In this document: positions 1 to 7,967 of the stretch, piece by piece
How the letters are laid out: every line of letters begins with the position of its first letter
Numbering within the stretch: position 1 is the stretch's first letter
Origin: Kofleriaceae bacterium
Lineage (GTDB): Bacteria; Myxococcota_A; Polyangia; Haliangiales; Haliangiaceae
DNA length: 13,382 nt
NCBI GenBank assembly: GCA_046597055.1
Contig: JBKJLC010000199.1
Location: 1 to 13,382 of the forward strand
Direction of reading: 5' to 3'
Position numbers and translations under genes: made by a program
The notes under the pieces: model-generated
What the model saw: the letters and a program-made list of their open reading frames with translations, nothing else
Databases searched by the model: none
Told to the model about the DNA's origin: nothing

Positions 1-899
1 TCGGCCTGCGCCGCACGCTCGGCCGCGATCGCCTGCGTGGCCTCGTCACGCCGCCGCGCGGCCAGGCCGGGGTCGCCGCCCTGAGCCACCAGCCGGTCGC
101 GCACGCTGACCCGGACGAGCGCCGAGGCCTGGTTGACCTGGATCGAGCGCGCCCGGCCGGCGTCGAACCACCGCTCGACCGTGAACGAACCGACCAGGTG
201 GGTGGCGTCGCCGGCCGGGTCGACCGGCGCCAGCGTCATCGCGCAGCTGTCGGGCAGGCCTGCGGCGAGCTCGGCCGAAGCGTCGCTGAGCTCGAAGGTC
301 GCCTGGCCTTGCCGGTAGCCCTGACCGAGATCGTCGGCCGCGAGCACGATCGCCACCTCGGGCACCGCGGCGGCCCCGGCCGCGGCACCGGCGGCCGCGC
401 CATCGACGGCCACGATGCCGTGGGCCTGGCCGACCGGCGTCGCCACCGCGGCGCCGGCGCCGAGCTGACCGACCAGCGCGCCACCGACCACCGAGCCGAC
501 CTGGGCGGCCTGCCGGCGCTGGCGGTCCTGCTCGGCGCGCAGCTCGGCGACGCGACGCTCGCGATACGCCTCCAGGGTCTCGCCGAGGGTGCCCTGGTCC
601 TGGTGGCCGGCGCAGCGCAGGGTCCACGTGACCTCCATCGCGCGCGGCAACCACACCTGGTACGCGACCTGGTAGCGGCCGCTCGGGGTCTCGGGCGGCA
701 GCGGCACCTCGACCGGCGCGCGGGTCGCCGCCCCGAGTGCGCCCGGCGCGACCATCCCGGGCGCGGTCGTCGCCGCCACCGGGCTATCCCCCTGGACCTG
801 CATGCGGCCGACGCCCACGTGCTGGTGCTGTCGACCGCCGCAGCCGGCGACGATCACGATCGAAGACGAGACGACGAGCCAGGCTCCCCCGAGGCGCAT
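1..899 (-). CDS. Putative lipoprotein of unknown function with coiled-coil and glycine-zipper-like segments (3' end beyond the window edge)
   Basis: Manually translated from ATG at 899: MRLGGAWLVVSSSIVIVAGCGGRQHQ... The frame is open to base 1 with strong G/C third-position bias. Contains lipobox VAGC, a charged helix EAYRERRVAELRAEQDRQRRQAAQ, and GSVVGGALVGQLGAG / GAAAGAAAGAAA. Absent from the ORF track because no stop lies in the window. Confidence 0.85.
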   Translation of the reverse strand, partial: MRLGGAWLVVSSSIVIVAGCGGRQHQHVGVGRMQVQGDSPVAATTAPGMVAPGALGAATRAPVEVPLPPETPSGRYQVAYQVWLPRAMEVTWTLRCAGHQDQGTLGETLEAYRERRVAELRAEQDRQRRQAAQVGSVVGGALVGQLGAGAAVATPVGQAHGIVAVDGAAAGAAAGAAAVPEVAIVLAADDLGQGYRQGQATFELSDASAELAAGLPDSCAMTLAPVDPAGDATHLVGSFTVERWFDAGRARSIQVNQASALVRVSVRDRLVAQGGDPGLAARRRDEATQAIAAERAAQA

Positions 900-913
900 A
901 TGGCTGGCCGTCG

Positions 914-929
914 TGCAACGACCTGGCCA
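914..929 (-). promoter_or_regulatory. sigma54 (RpoN) -24/-12 promoter of the left lipoprotein gene
   Basis: Minus strand reads TGGCCAG-GTCG-TTGCA (GG-N10-GC), close to TGGCACG-N4-TTGCW. The ATG at 899 is 16 nt from the -12 C. Confidence 0.65.
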
Positions 930-957
930 GTCGCTGCGACCGCCGCGGATCAGCGTC

Positions 958-972
958 TGGCGCGGGGCTTGC
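958..972 (+). promoter_or_regulatory. Candidate sigma54 -24/-12 promoter facing the small Cys-rich lipoprotein gene
   Basis: TGGCGCG-GGGC-TTGC, with correct GG-N10-GC spacing. Confidence 0.45.
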
Positions 973-1091
973 CAACGCTTGCGCGCATGAGCCTCTCTGT
1001 TACCCCTCGTTTCCGAGCTTCGACCGTGACTTGGCCGCGGAAGGCCAGTGCTGACTGTGAACGCCCGGCGACGCCGCGGTCGACCACACTG

Positions 1092-1400
1092 ATGCGCACG
1101 GGCCTCGCGCTCGCGCTGGCGCTGGCCGTCGCGTGCGGTGGCGGGACCAAGCGCGGCGACACCTACGCTGCCGCCACCTCGGCCCAGGACGCCTGCTGCG
1201 AGCACCTCGCCGGTCCCGGCCGCGACGCGTGCCTGGCCGAGATCGTCCGGGCGCCGGACGACGCGGTGGCCCACTCGAAGGCGAACCAGGATACCTACGC
1301 CTGCGTCCAGGAGCACTTCGCGTGCGACCCGGCCACCGGCAAGGCCTCGCAGCCCTCGGCCCAGGCCCAGCTCGACTGTATCCAGGACCTGCCGCAGTAG
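1092..1400 (+). CDS. Small Cys-rich lipoprotein (102 aa), function unknown
   Basis: MRTGLALALALAVAC-GGG is a type II signal peptide with lipobox. The mature part has 6 further Cys. This is the 3' end of track ORF 198..1400. An in-frame ATG at 987 is a less likely start. Confidence 0.8.
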   Translation: MRTGLALALALAVACGGGTKRGDTYAAATSAQDACCEHLAGPGRDACLAEIVRAPDDAVAHSKANQDTYACVQEHFACDPATGKASQPSAQAQLDCIQDLPQ

Positions 1401-1426
1401 CCGCGGCCGACGCGGTCCGGAACGGA

Positions 1427-1452
1427 AAGAGGCTCCCCGCGGGGAGCCTCTT
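1427..1452. terminator. Bidirectional intrinsic terminator-like hairpin between the convergent lipoprotein gene and groEL
   Basis: Perfect 26-bp palindrome AAGAGGCTCCCCGCGGGGAGCCTCTT. On the groEL strand the stem runs into CTCTTTCCGTT. Confidence 0.75.
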
Positions 1453-1527
1453 GCCAGACGGAGATCGACGGAGGCACGAGCCGGCGCCGCGGTCAGATCG
1501 ACCGGGCCCGGTCCTCGCGCCGGGGCA

Positions 1528-3198
<1,671 letters not shown>

Positions 3199-3201
3199 GG
3201 A

Positions 3202-3495
<294 letters not shown>

Positions 3496-3554
3496 GGCTA
3501 GTTCCTCTCGTCGTGTGGCCCGGTGGGCCATCTCGCAAAGTTGGGTGGCGTTTG

Positions 3555-3581
3555 TTAGCACTCGACCGAGTGGAGTGCTAA
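3555..3581. promoter_or_regulatory. CIRCE element (HrcA operator) of groESL
   Basis: Exact TTAGCACTC-N9(GACCGAGTG)-GAGTGCTAA consensus, just downstream of the predicted groESL transcription start. Confidence 0.97.
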
Positions 3582-3589
3582 CGGGCGGC

Positions 3590-3617
3590 ATACTAAGCCC
3601 GACCAGACACCGCGCAA
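3590..3617 (-). promoter_or_regulatory. sigma70-type promoter of groESL
   Basis: Minus strand -35 TTGCGC (3617-3612), 16-nt spacer, -10 TAGTAT (3595-3590). Predicted +1 is near 3583, immediately before CIRCE. Confidence 0.7.
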
Positions 3618-3752
3618 GGGGCCACCTCGGCGATTTCGTTCGAGGTAGGGGCGGGTGGTCGGATGGTCGTTGTAGTCGTGCAGACTACACGGAACTACAC
3701 GAAAAAAAGGCCGTCCTGCTCCCGCGCTAACCTTTGGAAACCGCAACGAAAC

Positions 3753-3780
3753 TTGCGGATGGGTCGCCAGGCCTGATGAT
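3753..3780 (+). promoter_or_regulatory. Candidate sigma70-type promoter for the 3787 gene
   Basis: TTGCGG-N16-GATGAT-N6-ATG. The -35 is one arm of the inverted repeat CCGCAA-N6-TTGCGG (3741-3758). Confidence 0.35.
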
Positions 3781-3786
3781 TGAGGT

Positions 3787-4344
3787 ATGGACGTCACTGC
3801 TCATGCTTCCGTGGATGAGTACTTCTACGAGGTGGTGAACGACGCCCTGGCGACGGTGCACCTCACCGCCACCGAGCCCGCCAGCTGGTACCTGGTCGGT
3901 ATGCTCGGCGAGTTCACCCGGGCCCGGCTCCCGGACGAGCCGCTGGCGGTGAAGCTGGCCCAGAGCCAGATCGCGCTGCCAGCCGAACGCGTGCGCTGTC
4001 TGAAGGAGGTCGGCGACACCTCGCTCTACGTCGCCGGCTTCTTCGCGCAGTCCCTGTCGCGCAAGCTGGTCGATGCCGACTACTACATCGGCCTGGGCCG
4101 CGGCGCCTATGCCGAGCTGGCCGGTCGGCTGAACGGCAGCCTGACCGAGGTCTACCGCGAGCTGGCCGACAACTTCCCGGGCTTCGTCGATGTCCTCACC
4201 GAGGTCCGGCGCCGGGTCGACTTCGCCGGTGCTGACGTGGTGAAGCTCTACGAGCAGTGGGTGCGGACCCGCGACGGCTGGATCGAGACCAAGCTGCGCG
4301 CGCTCGGCGTCCTGGTCAACGCCGGCAGCAAGGTCCTGCAGTAA
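3787..4344 (+). CDS. Hypothetical protein (185 aa, predicted mainly helical, cytoplasmic)
   Basis: Normal codon bias and globular composition. Distinctive segment LKEVGDTSLYVAGFFAQSLSRKLVDADYYIGLGRGAY...VYRELADNFPGFVDVL. No signal peptide or TM helix. Confidence 0.85.
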   Translation: MDVTAHASVDEYFYEVVNDALATVHLTATEPASWYLVGMLGEFTRARLPDEPLAVKLAQSQIALPAERVRCLKEVGDTSLYVAGFFAQSLSRKLVDADYYIGLGRGAYAELAGRLNGSLTEVYRELADNFPGFVDVLTEVRRRVDFAGADVVKLYEQWVRTRDGWIETKLRALGVLVNAGSKVLQ

Positions 4345-4346
4345 AC

Positions 4347-4988
4347 GTGGCGGGCGTCCTGTCCCGCCTGCAGCGTGGCCTCGAGCTGATGTACCGGGTC
4401 GCGACCGGGGTCGAGGTCGACCACTTCACGATCGACGACGACACCCGGGCGAGCTTCGACGTCACCCGCACGCCCCGCGAGCAGCTCCTGGTCCGCCAGG
4501 GCGACGACGGGATCGACCTGGCCCTGTACGTCGACGCCGCGGTGCTGGCGCGCCTCGACCGCGACGATCCAGGCGACCGGCTCGACGATCGCAACCTGCC
4601 GGCGTTCCTGTACGCGCTCGAGGGGGTCTCGCACTTCGTCTACACGGTCGTGTGTGCGAACGCCGAGCGCGAGGTGTCGGCGCTCGAGCTCGAGCTGCAG
4701 GCCGAGGTCGACAAGTACGTGACCTGCCTGCTCGCGTCGGACGCCGACCCGTCGAGCAGCCCGCGGTGGCGGCGCCGGTTGTTCGAGCAGTTCGAGCTCG
4801 AGGACGACCTCGACGATCACGAGCGCGACCGCTACCGGGCCGCCAATGAGAACGCGCGCCGCTACGCGGCCTCGCTCGAGCGCCGGTTCGTGCGCCGGCG
4901 TGGCATCGTCGACATGCTGGGCGAGCTGCGCCGGTTCTACCGGCTGCCGCTGCACGGCAAGCTCGACCACATCGCCCAGGCCGCGTAG
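4347..4988 (+). CDS. Hypothetical protein (213 aa) with a possible zincin-like ExxxH...E metal-binding motif
   Basis: GTG lies 2 nt after the upstream TAA. Contains ALEGVSHFVY...SALELELQAEVDKY...ERDRYRAAN. The track's start at 4257 adds a shadow N-terminus overlapping the previous gene. Confidence 0.85.
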   Translation: MAGVLSRLQRGLELMYRVATGVEVDHFTIDDDTRASFDVTRTPREQLLVRQGDDGIDLALYVDAAVLARLDRDDPGDRLDDRNLPAFLYALEGVSHFVYTVVCANAEREVSALELELQAEVDKYVTCLLASDADPSSSPRWRRRLFEQFELEDDLDDHERDRYRAANENARRYAASLERRFVRRRGIVDMLGELRRFYRLPLHGKLDHIAQAA

Positions 4989-5017
4989 GCCGCGCCCGGG
5001 TCGGCCCCGGGAGCGGC
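4989..5017 (+). terminator. GC-rich hairpin after the two-gene module (possible terminator or mRNA-stabilising stem)
   Basis: GCCGC-G-CCCGGG-TCGGC-CCCGGG-A-GCGGC directly after the stop. There is no clear U-tract. Confidence 0.4.
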
Positions 5018-5069
5018 GATTCATCGTCACATTCGGCCGCGCCGGGTTCTATCCGGCTGGAGGGCACGA

Positions 5070-6110
5070 ATGAACGGTCAGTACATCCAGACGCAATGTC
5101 CCCGCTGTGGCGCCGCCGCGTGGGGACACGCCCAGCAGGCGGTGCCGTGTAACGCGTGCGGGCAGGCGGTCGGTCCGCTGGCCTCGCCCGCTGCCGCCGG
5201 CTGGCCGCAAGCGGCGGGAATGGGCTCGTTCGGGGCGGCGCCGGGGATGAACCCGCAGCCAACCCAGCCGCAGGGGCCGTACGGCACACCGCCACCGGCC
5301 AACGCCAACCCGTACGGCGCCCCGCCGGGGCTCGCGCCGCAGGGTGGCTATCCGCAGGGCCAGCCAGGCCATCCGCCGCAGGGCGGCTATCCGCAGGGCC
5401 AGCCGGGCTATCCGCCGCAGGGCCAGCCCGCCGACGCCAAGGGCGGCTTCCAGCTCAACGTCGGCGGCGTGAAGCTGCCGTTCAACGTGATGGGCGCCGG
5501 TGGCGGCGTCAGCAAGTTCAAGATCATCGGCGGGGTAGTGCTCGCGATCGCGCTCGCCATCGGCGGCGTGATCTTCAAGATGAAGTTCGGGACCACCGCC
5601 AAGGGCAATCTCAGCTACGCATCGATCGGCCTCGATCGCACCAAGGGCGACCCCGACAAGATGATCACCGCGGTCGGCGCTGCCGCCCGCAAGTGGAAGA
5701 AGGACGCGATCTGGTGGTCGGTGAACCTCCAGCAGGTCAAGGCCGACGGCACCGTCGATTACAGCAAGGGCGCTCAGGTCGAGTACATCTCGCCGAACGG
5801 CGTGCAGTCCCACGCCAAGAGCGTGCGCAAGGACTCGATCAAGAAGTTCGGCTTCGGACCGGCCGGGGTCAATCACAAGGCGATGTGGGGCGCGAGCGAG
5901 CCGTGGTCCGACGTCGAGGGACCGCCGCAGCCGACCTGCGGTATCAAGGACGTCGTCAAGATCCTCAACGGCCAGGGCCTCACCGGCAACAAGACGGTCC
6001 GGATCACGTTCGACCCCAAGTTCGCCGACTTCTATGCCTGGCACGTGATCGGCGAGGACCCGAAGATCGACGCCCACTTCAGCTTCCAGGACTGCACCCC
6101 GATCAAGTAG
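5070..6110 (+). CDS. Bitopic membrane protein: N-terminal CxxC...CxxC Zn ribbon, Pro/Gln/Gly/Tyr low-complexity linker, one TM helix, ~170-aa extracytoplasmic domain
   Basis: SD GGAGGG at 5059-5064. Contains CPRC...CNAC, PQGGYPQGQPG repeats, TM IIGGVVLAIALAIGGVIF and a Lys-rich C-domain with 2 Cys. Confidence 0.88.
   Translation: MNGQYIQTQCPRCGAAAWGHAQQAVPCNACGQAVGPLASPAAAGWPQAAGMGSFGAAPGMNPQPTQPQGPYGTPPPANANPYGAPPGLAPQGGYPQGQPGHPPQGGYPQGQPGYPPQGQPADAKGGFQLNVGGVKLPFNVMGAGGGVSKFKIIGGVVLAIALAIGGVIFKMKFGTTAKGNLSYASIGLDRTKGDPDKMITAVGAAARKWKKDAIWWSVNLQQVKADGTVDYSKGAQVEYISPNGVQSHAKSVRKDSIKKFGFGPAGVNHKAMWGASEPWSDVEGPPQPTCGIKDVVKILNGQGLTGNKTVRITFDPKFADFYAWHVIGEDPKIDAHFSFQDCTPIK
5337..5429 (+). repeat. 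39-bp coding tandem repeat (2 full copies plus a partial), PQGGYPQGQPG(H/Y)P
   Basis: 5337-5375 and 5376-5414 are near-identical (CCGCAGGGYGGCTATCCGCAGGGCCAGCCRGGCYATCCG), followed by CCGCAGGGCCAGCCC. Confidence 0.85.
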
Positions 6111-6990
6111 CGACGGGTGGGCGCAGGACGCGGTTGTCGATCAGCCGCGTGGTGCCGATCATCGCCGCCAGCGCCAGCACCGCCGGCCGGGCCATGGTCT
6201 CGATGGCGGTGAGCTCGTCAGCATCGCGCAGCTCGACATAGTCGATCCGGAGCTGCGACGCGGCGGCCAGCGGCGCCCGCGCCGCGGCGATCACCGCGGC
6301 GGCCGAGCGCTCGCCGCCCTTGACCGCGGCCTCGGCGGCGGTTAGCGCGGCGGGCAGGGCGAGCGCGGCCTGGCGCTCCTCGGGCGACAGGTAGACGTTG
6401 CGCGAGCTCATGGCCAGGCCGTCCGCTTCCCGGACGATGGGCAGGCCGACGATCTCGACGCCGAGGTCGAGATCGCGAGACATCCGGCCGATGATCGCGA
6501 GCTGCTGGTAGTCCTTCTGGCCGAAGAACGCGACGTGGGGGCGGGTCAGGTTGAACAGCTTGGTGACCACGGTCGCGACGCCGGCGAAGTGACCGGGCCG
6601 CGAGGCGCCGCACAGCGGACCTTGCAGCTCGCGCACCTCGATCACGGTCTGGTGGCCGGGCAGGTACATCGCCTCGGGGGCGGGGCAGAACGCGAGATCG
6701 ACCCCGCACGCGCGGGCCTTGCCGAGATCGCCGGCCTCGTCACGCGGGTAGCGCGACAGGTCCTCGCGCGGGCCGAACTGGGTCGGGTTGACGAAGATCG
6801 TCAGGATCACGACGTCGGCCTGCGCGCGCGCCGCGCGCAGCAGCGACAGGTGGCCGTCGTGGAGGTAGCCCATGGTCGGCACCACCGCGATGCGCAGGCC
6901 ATCGCGGCGGACGTCCTCCGCGCGAGCGCGCATGGCGGCCGGGTCGCGGAGAATCTCGAAGGGCAGACGCGAAGGAATGGCCGCGATCAC
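6103..6990 (-). CDS. panC: Pantoate--beta-alanine ligase (pantothenate synthetase), ~295 aa
   Basis: VPTMGYLHDGH (HIGH-like), IFVNPTQF, SRPGHFAGVATVV, FGQKDYQQ, READGLAMSSRN, TRLIDN. Likely start is GTG 6990. The 3' end overlaps the convergent 5070..6110 gene by 8 bp. Confidence 0.97.
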   Translation of the reverse strand: MIAAIPSRLPFEILRDPAAMRARAEDVRRDGLRIAVVPTMGYLHDGHLSLLRAARAQADVVILTIFVNPTQFGPREDLSRYPRDEAGDLGKARACGVDLAFCPAPEAMYLPGHQTVIEVRELQGPLCGASRPGHFAGVATVVTKLFNLTRPHVAFFGQKDYQQLAIIGRMSRDLDLGVEIVGLPIVREADGLAMSSRNVYLSPEERQAALALPAALTAAEAAVKGGERSAAAVIAAARAPLAAASQLRIDYVELRDADELTAIETMARPAVLALAAMIGTTRLIDNRVLRPPVAT

Positions 6991-6996
6991 GGCGCC

Positions 6997-7002
6997 ACTG
7001 TA
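6997..7002 (-). promoter_or_regulatory. Candidate -10 element for a leaderless panC transcript
   Basis: Minus strand TACAGT-GGCGCC-GTG (TANNNT, 6 nt, start codon), with no SD. Confidence 0.5.
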
Positions 7003-7026
7003 CCCGACGGCGGGTTCGCCGCCGGG
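7003..7026 (-). other. Stem-loop in the panB-panC spacer
   Basis: Minus strand CCCGGCGGCG-AACC-CGCCGTCGGG: 10-bp stem with one G-U pair, no U-tract. Confidence 0.5.
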
Positions 7027-7034
7027 CCTCGTGG

Positions 7035-7895
7035 CTAGCTGACCTTGCCGCCCGCGACCGAGTACAGCGGGGTCGGGGCCGCCGCCGGGGCGTCGATCGT
7101 GAAGCTCTCGGCCGGGGCCGGGAAGGTCCCGGCCCGCACGTCGGCGATGAACCGACCGCACGCATCGCGCACGGTCGCGCCGACGTCGGCGTAGCGCCGC
7201 ACGAACTTCGGCTTGAACCGCTCGTCCATGCCGAGCAGGTCGTAGCAGACCAGCACCTGACCATCGCAACCGGCGCCGGCGCCGATGCCGATGGTCGGGA
7301 CCGTGATCGCGGCGGTGACCGCGGCCGCGACCTCCGACGGGATGCCCTCGAGGACGATCGCGTAAGCCCCGGCCGCCTCGAGCGCCTGGGCGTCGGCGAC
7401 CATGCGCGAGGCGGCGCCCGGCTCGCGCCCCTGGACCTTGAAGCCGCCCATCTGATGGAACGACTGCGGGGTCAGGCCGAGGTGGCCCATGACCGGGATC
7501 CCGGCGGCGACCAGCCGGGCGACCAGTGGCGCGTGCTGGGCCCCGCCCTCGAGCTTGACGGCGTGGCAGCCGCCTTCCCGCACGAGTCGGCCGGCGTTGC
7601 GAATGCCCTGCTCGACGCTCTCCTGGTACGACATGAACGGCATGTCGCCGACGACCTGCGCGCGCTTCGCGCCGCGGACGACGGCGCGACAGTGGTAGAC
7701 CATCTCGTCGACGGTCACCGGCAGGGTGGTGTCGTTCCCCTGGATCACCATGCCGAGCGAATCGCCGACCAGCAGGATGTCGGCGCCGCCTTCGTCGAGC
7801 AACCGGGCGAAGGTTGCGTCGTAGGCGGTAACCATCGCGATCTTCTCGCCACGTGCCTTCTGGCCCCGCAGGGACTGAATCGTGACTCGGGTCAT
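7035..7895 (-). CDS. panB: 3-methyl-2-oxobutanoate hydroxymethyltransferase (ketopantoate hydroxymethyltransferase), 286 aa
   Basis: [50 protein letters not shown]...DGQVLV, PKFVRRY. SD GGAGA precedes ATG 7895. Confidence 0.98.
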   Translation of the reverse strand: MTRVTIQSLRGQKARGEKIAMVTAYDATFARLLDEGGADILLVGDSLGMVIQGNDTTLPVTVDEMVYHCRAVVRGAKRAQVVGDMPFMSYQESVEQGIRNAGRLVREGGCHAVKLEGGAQHAPLVARLVAAGIPVMGHLGLTPQSFHQMGGFKVQGREPGAASRMVADAQALEAAGAYAIVLEGIPSEVAAAVTAAITVPTIGIGAGAGCDGQVLVCYDLLGMDERFKPKFVRRYADVGATVRDACGRFIADVRAGTFPAPAESFTIDAPAAAPTPLYSVAGGKVS

Positions 7896-7967
7896 TTTGT
7901 CTCCGGTCGCCGTCCGTGGAGTGGATCGACGCCGATCCATGGATAGCAGATTCGCGGCGGGCGTGGA

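Noticed and set aside
198..1091. N-terminal ~300 aa of the 400-aa ORF 198..1400, and ORF 46..654
   Set aside because: Antisense or off-frame shadows of the lipoprotein at <1..899. Only 1092..1400 has a coherent signal peptide.
3496..3591. 32-aa N-terminal extension of GroES
   Set aside because: Runs through the CIRCE operator and the -10 element. A good SD and canonical N-terminus exist at 3495.
3728..3740. TAACCTTTGGAAA as an IHF site
   Set aside because: Two mismatches in the conserved TTGATW half, too weak to support.
5337..5429. 39-bp repeats as a possible CRISPR array
   Set aside because: No unique spacers. The repeats are in-frame and mostly vary at synonymous positions.
6991..7269. 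N-terminal extension of PanC
   Set aside because: Overlaps panB in another frame and has Arg-rich shadow composition. Recognisable PanC sequence starts after 6990.
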